Shown here piece after piece: positions 1 to 14,099 of a stretch of DNA of 64,000 nucleotides. Origin of the DNA: Eledone cirrhosa. Taxonomy: Eukaryota. Each line of letters starts with the position of its first letter. Within the stretch, counting starts at the first letter, position 1. The notes below the pieces were generated by a model. It did not search any database. It had not been told where the DNA came from and was given only the letters and a program-made list of their open reading frames with translations. Both the position numbers and the translations under genes were made by a program. The DNA is taken from the NCBI GenBank assembly GCA_964016885.1, contig OZ024742.1:274412001-274476000 (forward strand). The letters run 5' to 3'.

Positions 1-2347
1 AAGAAAATTCCATAATAGGGGTAAGTCTTCCAAAGATAACTCGCGGAGAAAGCCCATTAAAAGATCCTCGTTTGTCCTGATCACCAGGGTATGTGCCCTC
101 TCCCAGTTCTCCACTTCAAATCTACAGAGACATACTCAGAGCAGGCACATTCATTCGAGCCATGCTTGTCTCTTTCACCCATCTTTCAACAAAGTGCTAT
201 GAAGAGTGCACTCACCTCTCCACCCTGATTTTCCTTTTCAAATGAAATTTGGAAAGGTTAATCAGGGCATCATTGAAGAGGTAAGTGCTCTTCTTCTTCA
301 GCCCTTTTAAATGCGTCCACCACACGAACTATTTCGCCATGACCACCAGGCAGATAAACAAATGCCTGTCCTTCCCGGGTTAAGGAAGGCGGCGGGGCAA
401 TACTCATGATGGACTCAGCTGATAGCCGGATCTGTCCTAAGTTTGACAGCAGGTGTTCGACATAAACCTACAAATCAGCAATGCTGGGATATTGGACGAG
501 TGCATGCAGGATGGTTACGTCCGTCTGCACTCAAGGCTCTGCTGACGTACTTCCATGCCTGTATAGGTTACCCCGAACTGGCAGTCATCAACTTGGTGGA
601 TGACATACGCATCGTACGCGTTCGCAACATCCATTCAACCTTTCACAGATATCTTCCTCTCGGCCCCTTTCTGGGTAATAGAGGACACGCTGCTCGTCAC
701 CTTGTCTTAGTTTGTGTCCGTCCGGAGGTCCGGACTGAACCAGACCCCTTACAATTTAACCGGTCCATCCGCCCAGCGCCTGACGACGCTGTTTGACCAG
801 CCTCTCCAGGAGCCGAGCCACGCGCCCACCGATTTTTCCTGGCTGATCATTGCTCCTGTCACTGCCTGGTATTGTTTTAATGTAGTGCCGATCGCCTCAA
901 TGTGTTTCGAACTCGACAACACTACGTTGACGTCATCGGTCATCGGCATATGCTGACACGGTTCTCACGCTTCCAAATTCGTGCGGGGCGCCGCTGAACG
1001 TCTCCAGTTTGTGCAATAATGGCTCAAGAGTCAATACGTACAGCAGGGATGAGAGGGGGAATTTTGGTGGACCGACCGCATGATGTTGAATTGTTCCGAA
1101 AGGTTATCGTTCACTCTCACCGCAGCGCAGATGACGCTTTGCATCTAGCCTCTGAAGACGGGTCCAAAGCCGGTCACCCTCAGGGCTGTTGTCAGATAAA
1201 GATGCTCGATTCTATCGATATCATCCGACTGATCTAAATTGATCAATGACACACCCGCTCCAGGTTTACCAGCTACCCCCTCCACGATGTATCGCATGAG
1301 GTGGAGGTTATCGTGGATTGATCTGTCTGCAATGGTTCATATCTGTACCTCTTCCACCAGATCACCGACGACAAGCGTCATCCTCTTTGTTGAGCACCTT
1401 GGCCAAAATCTTAAACTCTGTTAAGAAAAGACATGAGCCATAAATTATTGTATGTTATCCCCCTTGTTAGGGTCATTTCTCCGCCACGCCACAGCTTCTC
1501 GGCTCACGGAGTTAGGATTTCTCTTGTTCTGCTGCCAATTGCAGTCGCCAAGCAAGTATGGCATGCGTACGTAAAGGTCGTAGGGCAGACCATCCAAACC
1601 AGGCGATTAATTCATCGTGCGGTTATCGGCCTTTCGCAACACTCCACCTCAGTTGCCGAGAACCGGGGCAGTCTGTCGAGGTAGGCACTAAAGTTATTAC
1701 TGCGATCCGCCCCACTGCTGCCCCCAAGTAGCTAAGCAAAGTGCCACTGAAAAGCCGCAAACATTTGCTCCGGTTCGAGTAACATGTGCCCGGCGCCCGG
1801 CGTGGTCCTCCAAAAACCGTATCATGGCTTTGTTGCACGCCCCGCCTCCGGCACTCGGACACATCTAACGGCTTTCTTCCCTTCGTGTCTGAGAGCATGC
1901 GCCCTAGCTCTGACAACGCAGCCTTCGTGTTTTCATAGAAGAATTGGTCAACGACCAATTTCGCCGCAACCACGTCGGTCGCGATGCCTTTACTAAGAGC
2001 TTCGTCTATTTTTTCTATCTAGTTGGTCCTCTGCTCTATTTTTCTCTATTTATAACTTCTTACTAAACCTAATTGACTCTATTCTAATCGTTCTTTTCAG
2101 CGCGAACCACCATTTGTTGTTGACGATTACTCCGTCAACGTCCGTTTAACTAGGTCACTAATTCGGTATCTGTAGGCTTTGAGCACTGTTAACGACGCGT
2201 TTAGCTTGCAGTAGCGGGTCCCTGTCTATGAAGCCTATCTAAGTCAATCACACATATCACGAATTTATGATCTGTGTAGTCGAGTATCTTGAATTGTGGA
2301 CAGCCTATGCTAGACCTCTTCATTTCCCTACAAAATACCCTATCAAG
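1..2347 (-). mobile_element. Tx1/L1-clade LINE, 3' portion (end of APE domain, degenerate RT, C-terminal domain, 3'UTR)
   Basis: Minus-strand motifs: LDRVFCR...CPQF..DYTDHK (APE end), LINLDQS..DRIEH, PLSSLLYVLTLEP, VSAYADD (~935-958). The C-terminus FVERWVKETSMARMNVPALSMSL* (stop 122-124) is homologous to ORFs 53144-54202 and 63254-64000. Many frameshifts. Confidence 0.9.
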
Positions 2348-2827
2348 TAAAGGAGGGGGTGGACACTCAACCATGTTTAAGGAACCTTAATTCCACGGTA
2401 TGCACAGAGTTTGTAATAGTATTCTAAATAAAATATATGAAAATTAGAGTTATGTGACACCCCCATACACCTCGCATGCAATTAAATACCCTATTTTCAT
2501 ATATTGTCTAACATACATATATAATTGCTTATGGATATGAAATATTTGATCATATTTCACTGTGGAAACCTTGTTTAAAACATCTGAAGTGTAAAGTTAG
2601 CAAAAGCATTGAGATATAAGAGAATTGGTAGGTAGATTCCCTTCCAACATGTTAAAATTACAACTTTTCAATGTGTTAAATGAATATTATGTTAGAAAAT
2701 GTATACATTTGTTAAATGATTTTCTTTTGTTTTTCAGATTATTTCAGAGCTAAATTGTATTATAATTTTACAAAAATAGCTACATAAATTTAAACTGTAA
2801 TAATTTAAGTATATAAAATTATATAAT

Positions 2828-2937
2828 TGTTTCTACTTTAGGCACAAGGCCAGCAATTACCCAGTGCATTACTGGAACTTTATTTTATCGACTCCGTAAG
2901 GATGAAAGGCAAAGTCAACCTTAGCGGGATTTGAACT
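2828..2937 (-). mobile_element. tRNA-derived SINE, 5'-truncated
   Basis: Matches the other SINE copies (gttcaaatcccg...catccttacgg.gtcgataaaataaag). 13-bp TSD aaaattatataat at 2815-2827 and 2942-2954. Confidence 0.9.
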
Positions 2938-2952
2938 AATAAAAATTATATA

Positions 2953-4150
2953 ATGGCAACTAGAAGTAAAAGCCGTAATTCAGCATTTGGATTTCTGGTG
3001 ATGCATATTCCGATCACGCTTCCCAAGATAATGGAACAGCTCGTTGCATTGCAGCAGAATTATTGCTTTTTTTAATTGATTCCGACAGTCAAGAAAGTTT
3101 AAAGACTGTATTATGTGATGGCTCTCCAGTAAATACTGGTCATTTAGGAGGGGTAATTAAAATAACTGAATTATACTTACATAAACCACTTCAGTGGATG
3201 ATATGCCTGCTACATACAAACGAGCTACCGCATCGAGACGTATTTAAATCCATTGATGGAAAACAACTTGACCACAAACATCAAAAGGCTTAATTGGCAA
3301 TAACATGTAAGAAGAGGTAACAAACTTAAAAATTATTAAATTTCATCCAGTAAAAACTAAAGTGAAGGAATTGACATTAGAAGTTGTTGATACTTTAAGC
3401 TCAGATCAAAAATATATGTATGAAATGTGCCTCAGTATTGAGACAGGGTCTGTTTCTGAGCAGTTAGCAGCAAGATCATCTGGTAAAATCCATCATGCAA
3501 GGTGGTTAATACGTACAAGGAGAATTCTTCGCTTATATGTTTCGGAAAAAAATCCCCACCAAAAATATTGTGGATCTTGTTAAATCAGTTTATGCTCTAA
3601 GCTGGTTCTGGATTAAATCTCACTCAAAGTTACATGAAGGAGCAAGTCATGTTTTGGTATATGGCACACCTAATGCAAGATATGAACCAAAATCATAAAG
3701 AAGATATGGAGTAATCGTTACAAACATATTCGTATTTTGCCCATCCGGAGAATATTTTAATGACTATGCTGAATGATGCAAGGAGACAAATCAGGGAAGT
3801 GGCAATTCAGCGAATTACTAACGCAGGAACTTTTCCCCGAATTCCCCGTGAAGAATTAAAAAATTTCAAACCACCAAGCAAATTTAATTTTGAAGCACAT
3901 GATCGTGTTGATTTGATTAACTGGGAAAATGAAGTTATAACATCCCCTCTAGTTCTACGGAACTTTGATCTTCTTAAAGCCCATTCAGGACATACGTCTT
4001 CCCTGTCACAGCTAAGGCGTCGAGCATGCTTTCAATTTAGTGACAAAAGCTTTTGAAATCAGAATAGGTTAAGACAATAGGTACAATTCATACTAAATGT
4101 ACAGAAATCAAAACAAAAATTTACCTCACTTTGACTGGAAAAGACAATGG
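2953..4150 (+). pseudogene. Degenerate hAT-like transposase
   Basis: Fragments CDGSPVNTGHLGGVI...KPLQWMICLLHTNELP, LSSDQKYMYEMC...GKIHHARWL..RILRLY, YFAHPENILMTML, DLINW spread over several frames with stops. Confidence 0.8.
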
Positions 4151-4608
4151 TCATTTAATTAAAATAGTAAATACTATTAATGCCTATTTTATTGTGTTCA
4201 CTGTTCATGTATTTCGTTTTAGGTTCGTGAATAGATTTTTTTTATTGCATATAATAGTACTCATTAAGAATTTAAATTATTTATACTTGGAAAGTGCTTT
4301 TATAAAAAAACATTAATACAAACTATATAAACAAATAGACTCCAATAACTGGGTTTTTTTTCAGGTGGGGGTTTGTATATAATGTATTTAAAAGTTATAT
4401 GAGTAATATTTAAACAATACAAAGTTAATACCATTAAAACAAATTGAAAGTTCCTTAAGTTCCAGTATTCAAAACGTAGAATTAGGGGGAGGGGGCTATG
4501 CGAGGTGTAGGAGGGATCGCATACTTTAAAATTATTTTTATTTTAATTCTAAAACCAAATGAACACCAAGCAATATGTGGAATCAGAATATAAAATTCCC
4601 CCCACCTA

Positions 4609-6810
4609 CTATCTAGATATGAGATGGATGACCCGAGGCAGTTTGTCCATGTCCTCATTGACACATCAGGGAAATCCAGACGGTATCTGTCAGACAGTTG
4701 AACACGTCTGAACAGGTTGGCGAGGCTTTTACACACTGCAGAACAACACAGCCACTCCCTCCCTTCCCCATAGATCCGGGACGGCTCGGAGATGTGTACA
4801 CCTCGTAGCTGCCGAAAAAGGGTCCGAATGCCCGGGCCTCGGAGATTCTGGCCTCGCTGATGACTGCCACATCTATGTTTAGCGACTTGAGATCGTTGAA
4901 CAGGTGCCCCTGCTTCCAAGATTACCCCAGGCCACATGCATTTATATTGCCTATCCTGGGAGAATCCATGTTGGCAAAGATAGGAGGGAAACAAGTGAGG
5001 GGGGAAAAGTAAACAAACTTGGCATGTGGCTCTTTTTTAGGGAGCAGGTGGGTGATCCATCCCTCCAACCAGTGGTGGATTTCTCCTTGAGAATGTCAGA
5101 GTAAGGCCCCCTCGATTGTCTACAATTGATGCGGGGAAATTTTCTTTAATGTTGTGTAATTCTTTTGAGTGATTTCAATTATTTTTATGTGTGTGGAGGG
5201 TGCAATTTTGGTGGTCTGTATGTAATTTGTTTCTGAGATGTTTCTGAGATGAAATTAAAAAGCATTGTGTTGTCTGTGTCTATGGCTGTGTAGTGTGTCT
5301 GTGGGATATTGGTGCTTTCTGTTTGCTGTGGTGACGATGGTGCAGGTGATAATGGTGACGGTGGTGACGGTTGTAGTGGTGGCGGTGGTGGTGCTAATGG
5401 TGTAGGTAGTTGTGGGGGATGTTGTTGTTGATGGTGATGGCGTCGGCGTTGTTGGCCTCATTTTTTTGTTTCTTTCCCCCGTCTTCTTTGGAGGACGAAA
5501 TTAGGGAGTTCTTTCTTTTGTTTTTACTGCGATGGTTTTCCACCTTTCTGCGTCATATCACTCCTTGTCTAATTTAGCGAAGGAGCATACTCTCCACTGG
5601 TCTTTTTTATGCAGTTGGTGTTAGAGGAGACGGTGTTTCTGTCGTTGGTGCTGGCGGTTTTTCTGCCACTGCCGCCTTGGTTGGTTTGGCCAATCCAGCC
5701 ATGGAGCACGGCGTAGGCAGTTGATGTAGCGCGTGCCCACCTTGTTGAGTTGCGGGCAGAAGGGTTTAAGGTGCGTCTTGTCACCTCAACTGTGACAACT
5801 TGGGCGCCTGCCTTCGACAGTCACGGGAAGATGGCTGCCATCGTCCATGTCGGTCACATCGGGGATGGCCTCTATGCTTTCGTGGTCTGCTTGGATTATT
5901 AGCTCCATACCCGAGCCTGACCAGTTTTCTTGTTTCATCCGCATGACGTCTTGGATTGTTGACCCCTCGATGTTAGCGAGGATGGCCGCCATCAGCCAAA
6001 CGATCTCCTCAGATGGCCGAACCTGGGTCACTCGGAACCTCAGGACTCTCTGGCTGCAGCATGAGGGTTTCATCACTATTTTGTCACTGCGGAGAGGCGT
6101 AATGTAGTGTGCTCTGGCTTATTCGTGTGTAGCGAAGGGAACGGTCTATGTAGTTTTTTTGTGCCCAGACAGCACCGATAGCCCTTTGGACCTGCGATTT
6201 GATTGCCCGTTCCTCCCGGCGAAATTTTAGTCCAATTGTGCGGTGGTAGCAAACCGAACACAAAAACCGTTTTTTCATGATATCGGATGGATGGGGAAGA
6301 CTTACCCTGTGTCCGATTCTTTTACAAACACCTTGCCCTGTCTCATCTCCCTGTCACTGACATGTACACGTTCGACATTTTTTGCAGCCTTCGCGAATGA
6401 TGTAGCTTGGGATGCTCTTATTTGCTGTGTCGGTTCGTCGTTACTCTTGCTTTTCTTCTTGTTGTTGTTGATATTGTTGTTGTTGGTGGTGGTGGTGGTG
6501 GTATTGGTTGCAGAGGTCTTGTTAGTTTTTTTCTTCTGTGTTGCTGCTGTTATGGTTGTTGTTCTTTCGGTCTTTTGTGGCTGTTGCTGTTGCTGATAAT
6601 GTTAATGCCGTTGCTGTTTCTGTTCAGCTGGCTACTGCTATCTTTGTCAATGCTACTGCCACTACTGCTGCTGCTGCTGCTGTTCAAGTGGCTGCTGTTG
6701 TTGTTGTCACTGCTACTGCCATTGTTGCTGCTACTGCTTCTGTTTATGCTTCTGCCTTGTGATTGGACGAAATCGGCTGTTCCACTTTCTGAACAACCCG
6801 TCCGCCATGT
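4609..6810 (-). mobile_element. 5' portion of the same Tx1/L1-like LINE: degenerate ORF1 (CCHC zinc knuckle, Thr/Gln-rich tracts) and APE N-terminal part
   Basis: APE segment LSDRYRLDFPDVSMRTWTNCLGSSISYLD ends at the hAT TSD and resumes as RVFCR left of 2340. ORF1 VTVEGRRPSCHS*GDKTHLKPFC is a CX2CX4HX4C motif with a stop replacing one Cys (~5755-5825). The 5' boundary is uncertain. Confidence 0.75.
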
Positions 6811-7657
6811 GAATTTTTTTTTAAAGAGAATAAAACCAATATGAAGGAATAAAATTGTAAACGAGACTGGTCCAATGGGAGTGGAAATATCTTAACTGAA
6901 TGAGCTAAACGCTGGAAATGAATTAAGATCCAAGAAATGAAGAAAGCGGAAGTGAACATGTGAACTGTCATTTAGAGAAGTACTAATAACAACAAAGGAA
7001 ACTCTGAAACAAAAATCCCGAGTAAAATCCCAAAGAATATGCAGATTTCAGTAGCGAAATAACTCCTACAAGCAAAGTAGGTTAATCACATCCAATGCCA
7101 AATCAATCTATGGATATATAGAGAAGAAATTTAAATAAACTACCAACTTTCTTAGCTGTTGATTAAGCATAAATAATCTTATATACAACGTATTGGTTAT
7201 TTCAAGTTTCTCGTTTGTTAAAAGTTTCAAATGTCAACTTCTGTTAGCGTTGGTATCATAACATTGTTCCTTAAAATCAGGTTGTTAGCATACCCAGGAT
7301 TTTGTTGTTTTTCTTTGATTTAAAAAAATTTGTATCAATAAACTTTCCTCAATATTCCCTAATTGTTGCTGTACTTACATTTCGACTGTCATATTTCATT
7401 TTTGTATAATGCGTGAAGGAAACAACCAACCAATATCTATTTTTTGTATGAATTGTCGTAAATGTTTTCATCATCATCACCATCACTATACCATCACAAA
7501 CAATCATTATCCCTCGCATCCACCGCAATCGTCACCATCACCAGCATCACCACCGCCACTACTTCAACTACCATATATATAGGCAGAGCGAGAAAGAAAG
7601 AGAGATTGCGTCTGTGAGTGTCTGGAGATGAAAATACAGACAAAGTGACTATGTGAC

Positions 7658-7713
<56 letters not shown>

Positions 7714-7868
7714 ATACTTTGGGAGGGTCGTGTTGCCTATAAGAAACACACGCACCAGTTGCTTTCACTCTAATTTATTATAAACTAAAAATTGTTTCTT
7801 TTTTCAAAATTATTTATAAATTACCAGTTGGTTCGTTGATTCCACAAGCTAACAGTTGTTCATATATT

Positions 7869-7911
7869 GTCAAAGTTCTTTCGTCACACACTATGTGACC
7901 TCTTCAGTGAC
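7869..7911 (-). ncRNA. Minimal type-I hammerhead ribozyme in PLE pLTR
   Basis: GTCA-CTGAAGA-G-GTCACA tagtg TGTGAC-GAAA-GAAC-TT-TGAC. Confidence 0.75.
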
Positions 7912-9065
7912 TGGGGATTCTTTTCTTTAATTCGTGCCTCTCCTTTGTTCTGACCTACGCTATCTTGTTTTTGTGTGTGTTGTGTGCTTAGTTTTCGTAT
8001 GTGTTACATCCGGGTGTCTGTGTGTGTTTTTATTTGTTTATTTATTTTCTTTATTTACATGTTACTGGTTTGTTGTTTGTTCTGTGTGTGTTTTCACTTT
8101 GTCCTTAATTGTAAGTTGCGATGTTGCTATTCCATTCATGTTTTCTACTTAATGTAGGCTATATTCTTATCTTTACATTGTCCTTCAGTAAATATTATGC
8201 TATATACTATGTTTCTAGTTTTACAGTTAATATGGGGGCTTAGTTTACAGATTATGCATTTCTTATCTATACAGGGGGATTCTTTGAAAAGGGTATGTAT
8301 TAATAATAAGTGTTTTATGGAGGTACCTGGTCTTTCTACTATCTTAATATTAAGTTTAAGTTTATCTAGCGCCCTTCTAAATTGGTAAACTAAATCACCT
8401 CTAGGGGTTGTATTGATGAACATTCAAAACACTTATTAGTAATACATACCCTTTTCAAAGATCCCCCTGTAGAGATAAGAAATGCATAATCTGTAAACTA
8501 AGCCCCCATATTTACTGTAAAACTAGAAAGATAGTATATAGCATAAGATTTACTGAAGGACAATGTAAAGATAAGAATATAGAGTTCATAGGTGAGACAG
8601 CTCGTAGTATAGGTGAACGGTTAAATGAACACTGGCGACAGTTTCAAGATAGAAAAGAATCGTCAATACTCCACCAACATGCTAAAATAGAACATAAGGG
8701 CAAATTAGAGAACATAGAAATAAAAATAAAATCTACAGACAGAAAAGACGCAATGTTTAGACAAATCACAGAGGCAAAAAACATAAATGAAGTCCAATTA
8801 AAATTAAACAGAAAGCATGAATGGAATAGCAACATCACAACTTACAATTAACGACAAAGTGAAAACACACACACATAGAACAAACAACAAACTAGTAACA
8901 TGTAAATAAACAAATAAATAAACAAATAAAAACACATACATACACCCGGATGCGCAAACTAAGCAAACAACAACACATGCGCAAACTAAGCACACAACAC
9001 ACACACAAACAAGATAGCGTAGGACAGAACAAAGGAGAGGCACAAAACAAAGAAAAGAATCCCCA

Positions 9066-9108
9066 GTCACTGAAGAGGTCACAGAATGTCTGACGAAAGA
9101 ACTTTGAC
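9066..9108 (+). ncRNA. Minimal type-I hammerhead ribozyme in PLE pLTR
   Basis: GTCA-CTGAAGA-G-GTCA cagaatgtc TGAC-GAAA-GAAC-TT-TGAC. Confidence 0.7.
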
Positions 9109-9331
9109 AATTTAGGAACAACTGTCCGGTTGTGGAGCCAACCAACCGGAAATTTATAAATTTTTTTGAAAAAAATATTTTTAAAAATATTTTTAATTTA
9201 TAATAGGTTGGAGTGAAATCTACTGATGCGTGTGTTTCTTATTGGCAACATGACCCTCCCAAAGTATAATAATATCGGTTTCAGCACACGTTTTCAGATA
9301 AAGAATCTTGCTGAACAAATTCAGAATAGAA

Positions 9332-9390
<59 letters not shown>

Positions 9391-9748
9391 AGATGTGTCT
9401 ATGTGGGTGCGTGTGTCTATGTGTATATAGATACATTTATATGTATGAGTATATAAATATAAATGCACAACCACGGACATACTTACAAAAATACACTCAC
9501 TGACATGCATTCACATAAATACACATACATTAACACAGTATGATCGCAGCGTTCGATAAATTGGGAATGGGAAAGTAAAAAAAACTGATGTATAACTTTT
9601 ATTATTTATTCTTTACACACATTTAACCCTCCCCTTTCTTAACGTTACTTCTTATTCTCTCACTTTAAAAAAAAGTGGTAATGCGACAGTATGTGTATGT
9701 GTGCGTATGTGTGCACGGGAGTGTGTCCACCTTATTTACATTAGAGAC

Positions 9749-10142
<394 letters not shown>

Positions 10143-10143
<1 letters not shown>

Positions 10144-10530
10144 AATGTGTAATAAACAATACACTATAATTACCTCATTACCAGAGGTTTCCCGAATAAG
10201 ACGAATACAAGACACGTCCGCATTCGTTCATCAGACAAGGCAATTTAAAACATAGTGAAATATTTGAAAAATCTCAGGATAGGCAAAAGTTTAACGGGCA
10301 AAAAAAAAAAAATATAAATAAAAGTAATAATACAAGAAATGTATAAAAAATAAAAATAAAGAAATATAGTAAGGGGATGTGTATAAATGTGTGTATATGC
10401 ACTTACAAATATACATGTGTGTGCATGTACAAATGCATGTCTATAGTGAACAAATGTGTGCGTAAGTACATACATGAGGGCAAATATATTAGTGTATGTG
10501 TGACCACAAATACGTATATATATGTTGAAA
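10143..10530 (-). repeat. pLTR-like repeat, inverted partner of ~14470-15050
   Basis: Reverse complement of ~14470-15045 once the SINE at 14669-14858 is removed. Contains an HHR. Confidence 0.85.
10168..10245 (-). ncRNA. Type-I hammerhead ribozyme motif
   Basis: AATTGCCTTGT-CTGATGA-aCGAAT...ATTCGg-GAAAC ctctg GTA-ATGAGGTAATT. 11-bp stem I with three G-U pairs; A/G mismatch at the base of stem II. Confidence 0.7.
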
Positions 10531-11099
10531 AAGGAATTGTAAGATTATGGAGTTAGCGTACATACAGACTCAGGGACTAATGGTTGAAATATATACACAT
10601 CATTATCTATTAAAGGCAGATTGTTGTTGTTGTGTGTGTGTGTGTGTACATGTTCCATGTTTATACATTTGCACAATTTCAAACCGATTCGACTCAATGT
10701 GTTTACGAATATTGAAATGCTCTAACTTAGGTCAACAACTATATATTTCATTGACTCTCACCCACAATTACGGAAATAATCGATAAAACTAAATACATGA
10801 CGCTTTACCTCTCTAATAGGATCTGATTACCTCTCTCTACTCCTCTTAAACTTTAAGAGAGAGGGAGAGGGAGAGGGAGAGAGAGAGAGAGAACGTTTGT
10901 TTTTGAGTGTGGAACGGTCAAATATTTATTTACTTCAATGACAAAGAGAACTTATTACATTTCATACGAAACAACAATTATTCAAAAGCAACAGATAAAT
11001 TTATTTAACAACAACAAAAAATAGCGATAAATCTTTTTTAAAACATCTATCAACGAACGTGGAAGAAAGAAGTATCAGTTCATTTACTATACACAATAA

Positions 11100-11282
11100 T
11101 ATCCTCTATGAGGTCACTAAACCTGCTAGAAACAGCAGTTAAATCTTCCCCATATCACACCACTCCCTACTGTCTTAAATTTAGAAAACATATCCTCTAT
11201 GAGGTCACTAAACCTGCTAGAAACAGCAGCTAACTCTCCTCCATATCACGCCCCGCCCTACTGTCTTAAATTTAGAAAACAC
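11100..11282 (+). repeat. 91-bp tandem duplication of an interspersed (SINE-like) repeat fragment
   Basis: tatcctctatgaggtcactaaacctgctagaaacagcag...cttaaatttagaaaaca occurs twice. Confidence 0.85.
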
Positions 11283-11318
11283 ACATTAGATAACCATGCA
11301 GAACAACTCCATCGCAGA

Positions 11319-11580
11319 TCTGTCTTTCGGCTGACATCGTCTACGCGCGTGCTGGAGAAGTACTGTGAAACAATAAATTTCAACACTTCTTTGCACAGGG
11401 ATAATATCCATAGGCGAAACTACAATTGCCACTGCTGGCGCAGCTCCTGCTTCGGCAGTCCAGGTCTGCAATTCATTTACCCAGTGCCTGGCAGACAAAA
11501 AAGGTACTGCCATAAAATGGGTGGCGCAACCTAACTTTGGTAACTTACTGACCCCGAGCAACGCCGGGCTTTAATGCTAG
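11319..11580 (+). mobile_element. Short non-autonomous Helitron (3' end clear, 5' end tentative)
   Basis: Hairpin CCCG-agcaacgc-CGGG (11553-11568) followed by CTAG|T (11577-11580). Same terminus as at 46400-46430. Possible A|TC 5' end at 11319. Confidence 0.6.
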
Positions 11581-12277
11581 TACAAGGATAAAAGGACGCA
11601 CGCGTATAAACATACACACACGCGCAACCACATACATGTATGTGATATATACAGGAAGGGCTGTATAAAGTCAAAGCAGTGTCAGACTGAATGGTCGATA
11701 CAAATATAAAAATATGATAAATTAATGAAATAAACAGAAATGTTCACCAGTTGCCCACACATGAAATGACACTTGCTTTCCAGCTCAAATTAAACTTAAC
11801 CCACTTTCAGACAATGATCCTCCATAAACTTTTCTTCTTCACTTTCCTTAACTTACCTTTTTTAAAGACTTCTCTTTCAGCTTCAATTATCCTTTACTTT
11901 TTATTTTTATTTTTATGTTTACATCCACTAATGAACCCCCCCCCCCTTCTATTTGATTCACTTACTTTATATCTTAACAATTTTACATATTTTACTTCCT
12001 CTTTTTCGTTCACTACCTGATATCACTTGTCACTTGTGTTTTTAACTCCAGATATTTTCCGTTGTCCCTCAGCCGCTTTTATGTATGTTTATTTGCGTAT
12101 ATTTTGTACCCATACGGCTGGATTCTTATATATGTATGTATACGCATGTGTGCATATATGTGTATACGTGTTCGTATATGTATACGAACACATTCGTATA
12201 TGTGCGTGTATGTGTAAATGTGTGTGTGTATGTATGCGTTTACGTATACGTGTTTGTTATATGTATGTATATAGATA

Positions 12278-12316
<39 letters not shown>

Positions 12317-12469
12317 TCGCGTGCGTGCGTGTGATTAGATGTGCATGTATGTGTATATATATATGAGTGTATCGTGTGTATGTATGCGTGTTTATGTATG
12401 TATGCGTATGCTTTTGTGCATGTGTTTTTTTTTTTGTCTGTACGTATAAAATATATATTAATTCAAAAT

Positions 12470-14052
12470 ATTAACAAAATAGATAGTTTAGATACTCAAA
12501 TGACTCTATATTGTTATAAGTGTTTGATATTCCCTGGAAGCTGAATTTATATAATGATTTTTACTTAATTTAATATAATTTAATTTAATTTAATTTATTT
12601 TAATTAAATTTAGATTACCTTCGGCTCTTTCAAATATTTAGCTCCTCTTTCTATTACATTCGCTAAAATATTTTAGACGTATCTTGTGTCTACTATATAT
12701 TAAAACCCTATTACATTTATAATATATTTTTAATATTGGGCATTTTTAAGTTTCGCAAACAATTCATTTTTATTTTTTATTTCATATTTAGTTTGTATCT
12801 AGCCCCTATCATTAGGTCTCATGTAGTTTTGACTTATATGTTTATAGTATATATCAGCTAAATGAAAATAATTGATATAAAACATTAATTTTTTAACAAT
12901 ATTTTTTAACAATATATTTTAACTATATATATTTTTTAACAATATTTTCAGTAACTAATTTACTATATTGTACTATTGTATTATATAATATATATTTGAA
13001 AGATATCATCTTAACTCTTAAGACATTATAATCCTTATATTTTTTTTTTATTAACACATATATATAATTAAAAATTCAAACTTCTTTAAGTTTAGTTATA
13101 AGGCAGGTTGATCCTTTAGGCACTCAAACTATTTAATCATAAATTCTTTAATAATTATAACTATTATTATTTTATAAATTATATTATATTTTATAAATTA
13201 TATTATATTATATTGTTGTCAATATTATAATTAATTTGGGTAAAGATTACCTTCGTGAGGGTATAAAAGCATTATATATATTCTTTCTCGTGTTTCGTAA
13301 ATCCTTTAAATTTGTTTTCATAAAATTTGAATTTAAGAAATTAAACTTGATAGTATAATATAATATTAATACAAATACCTATTAACTTTTAAAACCTAAA
13401 ATATTGCTCATTACTCTGAAATAAGTTAAATTAAATATTTTGAATATTAACGGCCAACTAAATAAATTTGGATATATATTGCATATAAGGATAATTGTCT
13501 ATAAATTTGAACATAAATTACTCCCCTTTGGCTCTCTCTCTCTTTAAACATCTTTCATTTGTTTTTCGAGGCACCTACTAAATATATTATCCCATCAGCT
13601 GTTTCTTCCTCTATGCTTTCCTTTCTTTCCTCTTTCTTCAGTAGTTTAAAGAAAGAATTGTTTTAACTGTTATATTGATGCCATGTATTTTTTAAGCTGT
13701 ATTACACGCACCCTCTCTATTGTTTGTATTATATATGTTTCTCATGTTCTCAATATTAGAGTATAAATATTGAGTTTTGTCATATGTTAATCACTACTAT
13801 GACTGAATCTTAACCATCTACTATGCCAGGGAATGTCATGCATCATCTTATTTTATCTGATGAGGACGTACTGTTGAACTTAACATAGTAGCTCTGAAAT
13901 ATGTATAATAAAATATACTTGATCACAAGAATATCTATTTTGTTAAAATTTTGAATTAATATTAATAATTCTGGAAAACCTTAACGGTTGAGTGCTTCCA
14001 ATTTATTGTAAAACTCATTCTTTGATGTATTCATTGAACCTTGTTTAACTTT

Positions 14053-14055
<3 letters not shown>
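12470..14055 (+). mobile_element. Non-coding AT-rich HHR-bearing element (relative of family A)
   Basis: Very AT-rich ORF-less body followed by an HHR sharing TATTTTAT-CTGATGA...GAAAT....ATAATAAAATA and a downstream GTTGAGTGCTT with family A; ends in (TA)n. Confidence 0.55.
13849..13915 (+). ncRNA. Hammerhead ribozyme motif (family A-like)
   Basis: TATTTTAT-CTGATGA-(weak stem II)-GAAA-T atgt A-TA-ATAAAATA. Confidence 0.6.

Positions 14056-14099
<44 letters not shown>

Larger units (their letters stand above)
2348..4608 (+). mobile_element. hAT-superfamily (hATm-like) DNA transposon, internally deleted, inserted in the LINE APE domain
   Basis: 8-bp TSD ctatcaag (2340-2347) / ctatctag (4609-4616). 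G-rich imperfect termini. Subterminal inverted 12-mer tacacctcgcat (~2466) / atgcgaggtgta (~4498). Transposase remnants inside. Confidence 0.8.
7706..9290. mobile_element. Penelope-like element 3' end in inverted arrangement (GIY-YIG remnant plus pseudo-LTR on each side)
   Basis: ~7706-8420 (-) and ~8425-9290 (+) are inverted copies. Protein CKTRNIVYSI...IGETARSIGERLNEH...HQHAKIEH...RQITEA...LNRKHEW is a PLE GIY-YIG nuclease. Confidence 0.9.

Noticed and set aside
6243-6844. Hydrophobic poly-Leu/Val ORFs resembling membrane proteins
   Set aside because: Antisense reading of CAA/CAG-rich low-complexity sequence in the LINE ORF1 region.
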